Shown here: positions 8,809 through 18,526 of the stretch, piece by piece
Layout: every line of letters begins with the position of its first letter
Position numbering within the stretch: position 1 is the first letter of the stretch
From: Minisyncoccota bacterium
Lineage (GTDB): Bacteria > Patescibacteriota > Minisyncoccia > Phycocordibacterales > UBA9973
Reading direction: 5' to 3'
Assembly: GCA_041658325.1 (NCBI GenBank)
Contig: JBBAAI010000003.1
Location: forward strand, 2,201-66,200
Length of the DNA: 64,000 nt
The notes under the pieces: generated by a model
The model's input: the letters and a program-made list of their open reading frames with translations, nothing else
Database searches by the model: none
Told to the model about the DNA's origin: nothing
Program-made: the position numbers and the translations under genes

Positions 8809-11800
8809 ATGAAAAATATATTTTCTAAAATAAAAATAATATCAACGAACAAAATAGCTATTGCTTTATTTGTTTTTGTTGTGCTTGTTTTATTTTCAGC
8901 AAAAATGGTTTTCGCCGTTTGGAACGGTACTTTTTATGAACCGGGAGATACCTTAAATCCAGAATGTTTACCGACAGATGCAGATTGTGATGTTCGATCA
9001 CCACTTACTTCTGTAAATATAAGCGATACTGCCTATGATGCGACGACGTGGGATGGTGTGACGACGATATCTCCAAGTAAAAATGCTGTAAGGGATCAAA
9101 TAGAAACATTAGTAGCAAGTAATCATAATCCTCTTACTATTGGTACCGCTAATGGTCTTTCTTTAGCAACTCAAGTATTAAGTTTAGCGTTAGCTTCTAC
9201 TTCTACTACTGGAGCATTATCAGATACAGACTGGAATACTTTTAATAATAAAGCTTCAGCTCTTGGGGCAGACGATAACTATGTTACCGATGCGCAACTT
9301 GTAGTAGTCGGGAATACTTCCGGAACAAATTCTGGTGACAATGCTGTGAACTCTCTTTACTCTGGGCTCGCTGCTTCTAAACAAGATGCGTTAAATGGTA
9401 CTGGTTTTGTAAAAGCAACTGGTACAACTATTTCTTATGACAATTCAACTTATTTAGATACAGGGACTGCTTCCAGTACATATCTTCCTCTTGCAGGTGG
9501 AACTCTCACTGGTCTTCTGTCAACCAGCATTGATGGGAACAACGCCGTGACGGAGTTCTTGCAACTCACAAACTCAAATGAGCCGACAACAGGGCAAGTA
9601 GGCGACACGGCTTCCATCTCGTTTGATTTTTTCGGCACCATTAACAACGGGTCCAGTTATGCGCAAACTGAGGTCGCGAGGATCGAAGCGTATAAGTATG
9701 GAGATTTCTTCCACGCCACAGCACTCACAGACCATGATGTTGGGTTGAAGTTCTATACAATGGACGGGGGCACACAGAGAGAGACTGCATCCATGTCCGC
9801 TCCATTGGGTATAGGGTGGTTTCAACTCTTCTATGCTGGGACAATCGGCCCTGGGTTCTCTGCCACAAGTAGTTCAGCTATCTCGGCGACTACAAGTACC
9901 ATTGGGAACTTCGCATCCTTTAGTGCTAGTAACATATATGCGAAAGGTGGAGCGCTTCGTTCTCAGAACTCTGCAGCGACAGAGACATATTTCTACGCGG
10001 GTCAAGCATACACCGCTGTCAATTCTCTTTCCGCATATACCTGGGGCAACACAGCTACCGCAATTTCAGGCCTAGACACCGGCCTTTCGCGTGCGGCTGC
10101 GGGGGTTGTCCGCATCGGCTCTGGCGCAAGCGGCACGACGGACACGGGCGACCTCGTAATGCAGGACAACATCGAGTTCGAGGGTAGCGCGGCAGACGAT
10201 TTCGAGACACAGTTCACCGTCACCAACCCCACCGCAGACCGGACAATCACCATCCCCGATCTTACTGGAACGCTGGCACTTACTTCTGATTTAGGAACAT
10301 ATCTACCATTAGCAGGTGGAACCCTCACGGGTAATCTTATTGTTGGCGTTGCACCGACAGCTTCTGCAAACTACGGAACATTTTCTCTAGGAGGCGGTGC
10401 ATTTGATGGATCAACCGCTGGATATTTTGTTGGCTCAGCTTCGGGAACATCTTTAGCAGTGAATGAAGTATCTGGATATGTTGGTAATCTAATAGACGCA
10501 CAGGTGGGGGGAGTAAGTAAGTTTAGTGTGGATAATACAGGGGGAGTGCGCATAGGCACAACCACAACAAATACAGCAGGAACTATTCGTTATCTCAATT
10601 CTGATTTTCAGGGGTATGATGGCACAAGTTGGAAATCTTTGACTAATCTTGCATCAATTACAGGAGAAGCAACTGGTTTTCCGAATAGGACTGATACTGC
10701 AATTTCATTTAATAACGGTACTAGAAATTTTACAATAACCGGAACAAATTTTAAGGTGTATAGCAAGGGTGCAGAATTTACAAAAAATACAGAATCAATA
10801 GAAATACCAGATGTAACTGGATTATATTTTATTTATTATGATGCTACGACTCAAGCTCTTTCACAGAGCACTTCTCCTTGGTCACTCATAGATGGCACTA
10901 TCAACATAGGGACAGTGTATTGGAATACTTCTTTAGCTACAGGTCTTTTAGGGGAAGAACGACACGGGGTCACTATGGATGGAAATACTCATGAATTATT
11001 ACATAACACTGTTGGGTCGAGGTATAATACAGGTTTTACTGGTACTTTTAATTCTCCTCCCACTTTCTCTGTGACAGCTGGAAGTTTTTATGATGAAGAT
11101 ATAAAAAACGAAACTCTTTCTACTGAAACCACAGCTAGAGTTTTATATAGAACAGGGGCAAGTAGTACTTTCACAGCAGAGCAGGTAAATTATTATCACG
11201 AAGTCAGTGATATCATCCAATATGATAATGCTGGTTCGTTAGCTGATGTTACGAACAATAACTATGTCGCTTATTGGATTTTTGCTACCAATGACACAAT
11301 TACCCCCATTTATTCTTTAATGGGGCAAAGACAAGATACTAGCTTAGCAAATGCTCGAGCAAACAATACTTACGAAGGATTGTCTCTTAGCTCATTACCA
11401 TTCAAGGAAATGAAAGCTTTATATAGAATTATTTTAAGAAGAAGTGGCACCAGTGAGACATATCAAGAAATTCAAGATTTACGCTCAATCTCAAATTTAT
11501 CTTCAGGAACTTACCTTGCTTCAAATCACAGTTTACTGACAGGGCTTACGGATGATGATCATCCTCAATATTTGAATATTAATGGCAGAAGTGGAGGACA
11601 GACAGTTATAGGAGGTACAGATGCTACAGATATTTTAACCATACAAAACACGAGTACTACTGGCACGACGCTTACCAATCCAGCAATGTATCTGAAAGTA
11701 GGTGATTCTGGTGGAACTACAGCAATGACAATACTAAATAATGGCAACGTCGGAATCGGAACGACAGCACCAGCTTCTCGTTTTCATCTCGGTGTTGCGC

Positions 11801-14346
11801 CGACAGCTTCTGCAAATTACGGGACACTTTCTCTGGGTGGTGGAGCATTCGACGGCTCAACTTCAGGATACTTTGTTGGCTCGGCTTCTGGAACATCTTT
11901 AGCAGTAAATGAAGTATCTGGATATGTTGGGAATCTTCTTGATGCACAAGTGGCGGGAACAAGTAAGTTTAAGGTGAACAATGCAGGCATGGCGACGGCC
12001 ACCGCGTTCGTAGCGAACAACGGGGCCACCGCCGCTGGGACGCTCCAACTATTCGAGGACTCCGACAACGGTACAAACTCTGTCACTCTCCAGGGACCAG
12101 CGTCAACGGCTGATGTGACCGTGACGCTTCCGGCGTTGACCGGCACCGTGGCGCTCATGGGCGCAGCTACGCAGTCGGGGGATTTTTACACGAGCGGAAA
12201 TACATTCTCTGTGAGATCATGGATCGGTACCGCTTCGGGCAACGGTGAACTTTATGTGCGAAACGCGTCATTGCAACAACTAGTTTATGTCAGTGGGGCC
12301 AATGGTGGAGTCTACCTGCCGTCTACCGGTGCCGTCCGTTTCAGTAATTCTACTACCTCATGGGGGGGGAGCGACTCGGGAATAGACAGGTTCGATGTCG
12401 GGGTGGTTGGGATCACCAATGGCTCAACTGGCGATGGCAACTTGCGCATGCTGAGCAATATCGAGTTCGAGGGGTCAGCCGCCGATACGAATGAAACTCA
12501 GTTGACCGTCACCAACCCCACCACAGACCGGACCATTACCATCCCCGACCTTACTGGGACGCTTGCGACACTGGAGAACGCGAACACTTGGAGCGCCTCG
12601 CAATCACTAACTGCCGCAGATTCTTCTGCTTTGACTGACCTCCTAATTAATCCAACAGCAAAAACAAGCGGGAATTTGATAGATTTGCAAGTAGCATCTG
12701 CAAGTAAATTTTATGTAAGCTCTGCAGGAAACGTATTTCCTGCTGGAGAAATTTATTTGGGAGCAGGACAAGGTTTGTCTACCTTGGCACTTGGTGGAAC
12801 ACTTATTCTACAAGGTAGAAATATGAACGCTGCGACTGGAGCCGCTGCGGTAAGAATGGGGATAGGAACTCATTCTCCAAGTAGTGGAACAAGTATCGGA
12901 GTAGATGTAACGCCAACAATAAATCAAACGGACACTGCAGCAACATCCGTTTTAAGAGTATCACCCTATTTGCAAGCGACAGGTTCAGGAACTCAACTTT
13001 TAGCTGACTTTGGAACAAATACTGCAGGAAGTGGTGGGGGGACACATACTTCAATTTTCAAGTTTGGAACTAATGGAAATTTAACCTTAACTGGAAACGT
13101 TGTAAACTCAAACAGTGGCACAGGATTTTACTCTGGGTATTCGGTATCAGGAACTGGGAATGTTAATTTAATAGTAGCTCAAGGGGCAGCGAGAACCAAC
13201 ACTTCAGGTGCTCAAGCGTTCTTTGCGGTTATCCCGTCATACAACCAAGCTAGTGGAACTGCCGCCAATACCGACCTCCTCATTAACAGAACTCAAACCG
13301 CAGTGGGTAGTGGAGCACAACTTTTGATTGATGCACAAGTGGGAAGCGTAAGTAAGTTTAGTGTAACGAATGCGGGGGTGGTTCAACAAAAAGGTTGTAC
13401 AACAGCTGGAGCGCTATTTGCGGATACTTCAGGGAATGTAATTTGTGATCCTTCAAGAGCAGAATTTAAGGACAATATTGTTGATTTGAATAACGGTCTT
13501 TCAAGTATTCTTGCTCTTCGTCCTGTTTCTTATACTTTTAAACCAGAAATGAATATGGGAAGTGAAACTTATTTTGGATTTATATCTGGGGAAGTTGCTT
13601 TAATTGCTCCAGAATTTGCTACTTATGATGCAGAAGGAAAACCTTATGGATTGGACACAAAGGCTCTTCTTGCCACGACCATCAAAGCTATCCAAGAAAT
13701 GAATTTGAGTTTAGAAGGAATTGCTGGAATTAGTATCCCTGTTCCTGGTTCTCCTACAGAATCTTTTGTTACTGCTTTCTTTGCTAAGATGGGTGCTTGG
13801 TTGGCAGATGCGGGTAATGGAATAGCCAATATTTTTGCCAAAGAAGTTAATACAAATACCCTATGTGTTTCTGACGATTCCGGCTCGAAAACTTGTATAA
13901 CTAAAGCTCAACTAGATACTTTGCTTTCTGGGGCGGGTTCTACTGCTACCTCAACAGTGCCACCAGTAGTAGTCCCTACTTGTACCGCTCCACAAACCTT
14001 AGTAGATAATGTTTGTACCGATCCAGCGCCAGAAACTCCTACTTGTACAGCTCCACAAACCCTCGTGGATAATGTCTGTACTGATCCGACAGCCGTAGAT
14101 CCTCCCGTAGTAGAACCTCCTGTCTGTACAGCTCCTCAAACCTTAGTAGGCAATGTCTGCACTGATCCGACGCCAGTAGCTCCAACATGTATAGATCCAC
14201 AAATTTTAGTAGATAACGTTTGTACGGACCCTGCGCCTGCGCCTGTAATTCCACCACCAGAACCCACTCCGCCACCAGTACCCGATCCCGTAGTAGAACC
14301 GATCCCAACACCCGCACCTGATCCAGTAGTAGAAACTACTCCATAA
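8809..14346 (+). CDS. Very large surface protein, phage tail-fibre-like repeats plus peptidase S74 (intramolecular chaperone) domain and Cys/Pro-rich tail
   Basis: Signal peptide; YLPLAGGTLTG x2; GNVGIGTTAP; SRAEFKDNI..L..LRPVSY...GFISGEV...IKAIQE; TTG at 8800 is an alternative start. Confidence 0.8.
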   Translation: MKNIFSKIKIISTNKIAIALFVFVVLVLFSAKMVFAVWNGTFYEPGDTLNPECLPTDADCDVRSPLTSVNISDTAYDATTWDGVTTISPSKNAVRDQIETLVASNHNPLTIGTANGLSLATQVLSLALASTSTTGALSDTDWNTFNNKASALGADDNYVTDAQLVVVGNTSGTNSGDNAVNSLYSGLAASKQDALNGTGFVKATGTTISYDNSTYLDTGTASSTYLPLAGGTLTGLLSTSIDGNNAVTEFLQLTNSNEPTTGQVGDTASISFDFFGTINNGSSYAQTEVARIEAYKYGDFFHATALTDHDVGLKFYTMDGGTQRETASMSAPLGIGWFQLFYAGTIGPGFSATSSSAISATTSTIGNFASFSASNIYAKGGALRSQNSAATETYFYAGQAYTAVNSLSAYTWGNTATAISGLDTGLSRAAAGVVRIGSGASGTTDTGDLVMQDNIEFEGSAADDFETQFTVTNPTADRTITIPDLTGTLALTSDLGTYLPLAGGTLTGNLIVGVAPTASANYGTFSLGGGAFDGSTAGYFVGSASGTSLAVNEVSGYVGNLIDAQVGGVSKFSVDNTGGVRIGTTTTNTAGTIRYLNSDFQGYDGTSWKSLTNLASITGEATGFPNRTDTAISFNNGTRNFTITGTNFKVYSKGAEFTKNTESIEIPDVTGLYFIYYDATTQALSQSTSPWSLIDGTINIGTVYWNTSLATGLLGEERHGVTMDGNTHELLHNTVGSRYNTGFTGTFNSPPTFSVTAGSFYDEDIKNETLSTETTARVLYRTGASSTFTAEQVNYYHEVSDIIQYDNAGSLADVTNNNYVAYWIFATNDTITPIYSLMGQRQDTSLANARANNTYEGLSLSSLPFKEMKALYRIILRRSGTSETYQEIQDLRSISNLSSGTYLASNHSLLTGLTDDDHPQYLNINGRSGGQTVIGGTDATDILTIQNTSTTGTTLTNPAMYLKVGDSGGTTAMTILNNGNVGIGTTAPASRFHLGVAPTASANYGTLSLGGGAFDGSTSGYFVGSASGTSLAVNEVSGYVGNLLDAQVAGTSKFKVNNAGMATATAFVANNGATAAGTLQLFEDSDNGTNSVTLQGPASTADVTVTLPALTGTVALMGAATQSGDFYTSGNTFSVRSWIGTASGNGELYVRNASLQQLVYVSGANGGVYLPSTGAVRFSNSTTSWGGSDSGIDRFDVGVVGITNGSTGDGNLRMLSNIEFEGSAADTNETQLTVTNPTTDRTITIPDLTGTLATLENANTWSASQSLTAADSSALTDLLINPTAKTSGNLIDLQVASASKFYVSSAGNVFPAGEIYLGAGQGLSTLALGGTLILQGRNMNAATGAAAVRMGIGTHSPSSGTSIGVDVTPTINQTDTAATSVLRVSPYLQATGSGTQLLADFGTNTAGSGGGTHTSIFKFGTNGNLTLTGNVVNSNSGTGFYSGYSVSGTGNVNLIVAQGAARTNTSGAQAFFAVIPSYNQASGTAANTDLLINRTQTAVGSGAQLLIDAQVGSVSKFSVTNAGVVQQKGCTTAGALFADTSGNVICDPSRAEFKDNIVDLNNGLSSILALRPVSYTFKPEMNMGSETYFGFISGEVALIAPEFATYDAEGKPYGLDTKALLATTIKAIQEMNLSLEGIAGISIPVPGSPTESFVTAFFAKMGAWLADAGNGIANIFAKEVNTNTLCVSDDSGSKTCITKAQLDTLLSGAGSTATSTVPPVVVPTCTAPQTLVDNVCTDPAPETPTCTAPQTLVDNVCTDPTAVDPPVVEPPVCTAPQTLVGNVCTDPTPVAPTCIDPQILVDNVCTDPAPAPVIPPPEPTPPPVPDPVVEPIPTPAPDPVVETTP
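13975..14232 (+). repeat. Four coding repeats P(T/V)C(T/I)(A/D)PQ(T/I)LV(D/G)NVCTDP
   Basis: Read directly from translation, followed by Pro-rich tail. Confidence 0.9.
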
Positions 14347-14374
14347 AATGCATTCATTTTTAAATTTATGTGTT

Positions 14375-14413
14375 ATAATAAAAAAAGGACAGATTCTGTC
14401 CTTTTTTTATTAT
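14375..14413. promoter_or_regulatory. 39-bp perfect palindrome (terminator or operator) spanning -10 box and start codon of ABC gene
   Basis: ATAATAAAAAAAGGACAGA-T-TCTGTCCTTTTTTTATTAT; TGTTATAAT at 14371-14379. Confidence 0.65.
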
Positions 14414-16187
14414 GGAAAAAGATTATTCAAATTTGCATCGAGGCCTGGTGCTCAAATATTACTGGCAAATAATTAGAAAATACAAAATTTCTTTTTTTGT
14501 TGTTGTCTTTTTTACCATTATTGCTTCAGTGCTCGATGTCTATATACCACTTCAATACCTAAAACTTTGGAATGTTTTGAGTATTAATGATTTCAACGTG
14601 GTTTCTGCAGCCAAATTAATAATTATTTTAGTTTTAATATTGAACATAATTCGTTGGATAATTCGTAGAATTTCAGGATTTTCGCTTGCTTATTTTGAAG
14701 CTAGCACGATGGCGGGCCTTCGAGAACAGGCATTTTCAGCTATGATTAATCATTCACATACTTTTTTTGCAAATAATTTTGGTGGCTCGTTAACTCAAAG
14801 AATAAATAAATACACCAGAGCTTTTGAAAAATTGACTGATAGAATGATGGCGGATGGTTTACCGCTTATTATTCGTGGAGTAGGAATAATAATTGCTTTT
14901 TATACACTGATGCCGAAATATTCTTACATTTTAGGGATTTTTTGTATTGTGTTTTTAGCTACGGCCTTTATTTATATTCGTTTTAAATTAAAATACGATA
15001 TTATCGCCTCAGAAGCTGATTCTAAAACCATCGGTGCCTTATCTGATTCAATAGGCAATCATTCCTCAATACAATTATTTACTGGACATGAATATGAAAA
15101 AAAGAAAATAGGTGAAGTTGTTAAAGATCAAAAAAATAAAATAGTATTCAATTGGTATTTGTGGGAGGGTCTTGGAACGATACAAACTTTCTATACATTT
15201 TGTACTGAATTTATTATTTTTTGGATAATTTTAGGTGATTGGAAGATCGGTTTAGTTACTTTACCGGTAATAGTTTTATTGCAGAGTTATTTCGTGCGTT
15301 TGGTTGATAGTTTGTGGAGTTTCGGTGCTATCGTGCGGGCGTATTATGAAAGTTTTGCTGATGCCGAAGAAATGGCTGTTATTCTTAGCACTCCTTATGA
15401 AATTGTAAACAAACCGACACAAATTTTAAGTGATACTAAGGGGGAAGTTGTCTTTGATAATGTTACATATATTTATGAGAACAATAATTCCAAAGTGTTA
15501 GATAATTTTTCTTTGACGATTAGATCAGGGCAGAAGGTTGCCATTGTTGGTTCTTCTGGGGCGGGGAAAACAACTTTTGTACGACTTTTAATGAGATTAT
15601 TCAATCTTACTTCTGGAAGAATTTTAATTGATGGAGTGGATATTGAAAATATTTCAGAGAAAAATCTCCGTGAACAAATTGGTTTTGTGCCCCAAGATCC
15701 AATTCTTTTTCATCGTACTCTAATGGAGAATATTCGTTATGGTAAACGAGATGCTATCGATGAAGAAGTATTAGTCGCTGCTCATTTAGCGCATTGTGAT
15801 GAATTTATTGATGCTCTACCTAAGGGTTATGATACATATGTTGGTGAACGAGGGGTGAAACTCTCTGGTGGAGAGCGTCAACGTGTCGCCATAGCGCGAG
15901 CCATTCTCAAAAATGCGCCGATCCTCATTTTAGATGAAGCGACATCATCGCTAGATTCTCATTCTGAATCTTTAATTCAAGATGCGCTTCATAAACTTAT
16001 TCAAGGTAAAACAACTATTGTAATAGCGCACAGACTTTCCACTATTCGAGAGATGGATAGAATCATTGTAATTGAAAAAGGAAAGATTGCTGAAGATGGA
16101 AATCACAACGAATTGGCAAATAAAAAAGATGGACTTTATAAAAAATTGTGGGATTTACAAGCCGGGGGATTTAAGAATAGAATATAA
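14412..16187 (+). CDS. ABC exporter, fused permease/ATP-binding (MdlB/MsbA-like)
   Basis: N-terminal TM domain, GSSGAGKT, LSGGERQR, ILDEATSSLD, IAHRLST. Confidence 0.95.
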   Translation: MEKDYSNLHRGLVLKYYWQIIRKYKISFFVVVFFTIIASVLDVYIPLQYLKLWNVLSINDFNVVSAAKLIIILVLILNIIRWIIRRISGFSLAYFEASTMAGLREQAFSAMINHSHTFFANNFGGSLTQRINKYTRAFEKLTDRMMADGLPLIIRGVGIIIAFYTLMPKYSYILGIFCIVFLATAFIYIRFKLKYDIIASEADSKTIGALSDSIGNHSSIQLFTGHEYEKKKIGEVVKDQKNKIVFNWYLWEGLGTIQTFYTFCTEFIIFWIILGDWKIGLVTLPVIVLLQSYFVRLVDSLWSFGAIVRAYYESFADAEEMAVILSTPYEIVNKPTQILSDTKGEVVFDNVTYIYENNNSKVLDNFSLTIRSGQKVAIVGSSGAGKTTFVRLLMRLFNLTSGRILIDGVDIENISEKNLREQIGFVPQDPILFHRTLMENIRYGKRDAIDEEVLVAAHLAHCDEFIDALPKGYDTYVGERGVKLSGGERQRVAIARAILKNAPILILDEATSSLDSHSESLIQDALHKLIQGKTTIVIAHRLSTIREMDRIIVIEKGKIAEDGNHNELANKKDGLYKKLWDLQAGGFKNRI

Positions 16188-16189
16188 TT

Positions 16190-17995
16190 ATGGACTTGAA
16201 GCACATCAGAAATTTTTCTATCATAGCGCATATTGACCACGGTAAGAGTACCTTGGCGGACAGAATGCTTGAGATTACACACACCATTGAATCTCGTAAA
16301 ATGCGCGATCAGGTATTAGATTCTATGGATCTTGAGCGCGAAAGAGGTATTACTATCAAAATGCAACCCGTCAGAATGGAGTATGTTTTGAATGGACAAA
16401 AATACATTTTAAACTTGATAGACACTCCGGGGCACATAGATTTTTCTTATGAAGTTTCTCGCGCTTTAAAGGCTGTAGAAGGCTCTATTTTGCTGATTGA
16501 CTCAACACAGGGGGTTCAAGCGCAAACCCTTACTACGCTTGCTATGGCACGCGAGGGGGGGCTTAAAATCATTCCTGTACTCTCTAAAATCGATTCTCCT
16601 TTATCCAGAGTATCTGAGATAAAAGAAGAAGTAATGAAACTTTTAAACTGTTCTTCAGACGAAATTTTATTGGTTTCTGGACGCACGGGAGAGGGGGTAG
16701 AAAATCTTTTACAAGAAGTCATAAAGCGTATTCCAGAGCCGAAAGAGACATATCACGGAGACAATATTTTACGCGCTTTAGTTTTTGATTTTAAATATTC
16801 GAATCACAGAGGTGTAATAGTCTTTGTGCGTGTATTGGACGGTGTAGTTAAAAAGGGGGATACATTGCTCTTTTCTGTTTCAGGGGAAAAATTTATTGCG
16901 CTAGAAGTGGGTACTTTTTCTCCAGAAGAAACTCCTAAGGATTCTCTCGAAAGAGGGGAGACAGGTTATGTTGTCACGGGGATTAAAAAACCAGGAATAG
17001 CTTCGGTTGGAGACACTGTAACCATGTTCAAAAATCCATTACCCGCTTTCCCGGGTTATATGCAACCGTTGCCGGTAGTCTGGGCGAGCGTATTTCCAGA
17101 AGATGCAGATGATTTTGCGGAATTAAAACTTGCTTTGGGAAAATTAAAACTTTCTGATTCCGCTTTTTCTTATGAAGAAGAAGCTTCGGGGTCTCTGGGA
17201 AAAGGTTTTCGCTGTGGATTTTTAGGTATGCTTCATTTAGAAATTATTACCGAAAGATTAAAAAGAGAATTCAATTTGAAATTAGTTATCACCACACCTT
17301 CTATTACTTATGAAGTATTGCTCCGAAACGGCAAAAGAGAAAAGATTTATTCACCATATTTTTTCCCCGATGATGGGAATATAGAAACTGTGTTTGAGCC
17401 TTGGGTTAAATTGAAAATTATCACACCGGTGGGATATGTTGGTAATATTATGCAACTTCTCTTTGACCATGAAGCAGAAGTTGGAGAGATGGAAAATTTT
17501 GGGGACAATCGTGGAGCTTTATCTGTCAAAATGCCCCTACGTGAGCTGATGCGAAATTTTTTCGATGAGTTAAAAAGTACTTCATCAGGTTATGGTTCTA
17601 TTTCTTACGAAATAGGTGAAATGAGAGAAGCGAATGTTACTAGACTTGATTTATTGGTTGCTGATGAAGCTGTACCAGCTTTTTCTAGAGTTGTTTCTAA
17701 AAAAAGAGCAGAAATCGAAGCGGAAGAAGCTGTTCAAAAACTTTCAACCCTACTGCCTAGACAAATGTTTACTTTAAAAATTCAAGGGAGGGCCCTTGGA
17801 CGTATAATCTCTTCACGCACTCTTTCTGGTATGAAAAAAGACGTGACTCAGCATATGTATGGAGGCGATATTACTCGAAAAATGAAACTTCGGGAGAAGC
17901 AGAAAAAGGGAAAGAAAAAAATGAAAGAGAGAGGAAGAGTAAACATTCCTCAAAATGTATTTTTAAAGATGATGCGTACTGGAGATCGTAGCTAG
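16190..17995 (+). CDS. lepA: Elongation factor 4 (LepA)
   Basis: IRNFSIIAHIDHGKSTLADR, GFRCGFLGMLH, YGGDITRKMKLREKQKKGKKKMK. Confidence 0.98.
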   Translation: MDLKHIRNFSIIAHIDHGKSTLADRMLEITHTIESRKMRDQVLDSMDLERERGITIKMQPVRMEYVLNGQKYILNLIDTPGHIDFSYEVSRALKAVEGSILLIDSTQGVQAQTLTTLAMAREGGLKIIPVLSKIDSPLSRVSEIKEEVMKLLNCSSDEILLVSGRTGEGVENLLQEVIKRIPEPKETYHGDNILRALVFDFKYSNHRGVIVFVRVLDGVVKKGDTLLFSVSGEKFIALEVGTFSPEETPKDSLERGETGYVVTGIKKPGIASVGDTVTMFKNPLPAFPGYMQPLPVVWASVFPEDADDFAELKLALGKLKLSDSAFSYEEEASGSLGKGFRCGFLGMLHLEIITERLKREFNLKLVITTPSITYEVLLRNGKREKIYSPYFFPDDGNIETVFEPWVKLKIITPVGYVGNIMQLLFDHEAEVGEMENFGDNRGALSVKMPLRELMRNFFDELKSTSSGYGSISYEIGEMREANVTRLDLLVADEAVPAFSRVVSKKRAEIEAEEAVQKLSTLLPRQMFTLKIQGRALGRIISSRTLSGMKKDVTQHMYGGDITRKMKLREKQKKGKKKMKERGRVNIPQNVFLKMMRTGDRS

Positions 17996-18007
17996 ATAAA
18001 GATGTTT

Positions 18008-18115
18008 TTATCTAAAAATAGGAGAGTAAAGTAATATCATACTAACAATGATTAGCACACTTACCACTGCCCAAGCGACTTGTATTTTCTTTTGATGTTT
18101 TTTATTGAAAAGCAT
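18008..18115 (-). CDS. 35-aa single-pass membrane microprotein (not in ORF track)
   Basis: MLFNKKHQKKIQVAWAVVSVLIIVSMILLYSPIFR; TG-A-TACACT -10 box 6 nt before ATG, same geometry as core genes. Confidence 0.7.
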   Translation of the reverse strand: MLFNKKHQKKIQVAWAVVSVLIIVSMILLYSPIFR

Positions 18116-18134
18116 ATACTTAGTGTATCACAGT

Positions 18135-18509
18135 ATGAGAAATTTTCAACAAAAAAGTAGCTGGAGAAAGATAGCAGAATCAAAACCCGTTTTGATAGTT
18201 CTAGGTGTTTTGATATTATTTTTCGCTTGGAGTGTTTTTGGTTTTTGGAATAAAATGAAGGAAACTAGTAAAAATAAAGAAATGACCGAAGATAAAATTT
18301 CCGCACTAAAACAACAAAAAGAGAAACTGGTGTTAGATATAGAAAGTTTAAATACTGACGAAGGAAAAGAAAAATTTTTTAGAGAAAATTTTGGTCTAGT
18401 GAAAGAAGGGGAAGATGTAATAGTGGTGGTAGAAGACAAAAATCAGTCTTTATCGCCGGCGTCAAATTCCGGAGGATTTTTCTCGTTTTTTATGAATTGG
18501 TTTAAATAA
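18135..18509 (+). CDS. Septum formation initiator (FtsB/DivIC family)
   Basis: TM followed by coiled coil and EKFFRENFGLVKEGE motif; ATG at 18135 preferred. Confidence 0.75.
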   Translation: MRNFQQKSSWRKIAESKPVLIVLGVLILFFAWSVFGFWNKMKETSKNKEMTEDKISALKQQKEKLVLDIESLNTDEGKEKFFRENFGLVKEGEDVIVVVEDKNQSLSPASNSGGFFSFFMNWFK

Positions 18510-18526
18510 TATGCTATAATATACTT

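Noticed and set aside
10345-11970. Duplicated ~180-bp module as DGR template/variable repeat
   Set aside because: Differences are mostly synonymous third positions, not adenine-specific; both copies in frame; no reverse transcriptase in window
13975-14232. Regularly spaced repeats as CRISPR array
   Set aside because: Coding repeats with synonymous variation, irregular short spacers, no cas genes
8809-14346. Prophage
   Set aside because: Only fibre-like modules, with a signal peptide; no capsid, terminase, portal or integrase
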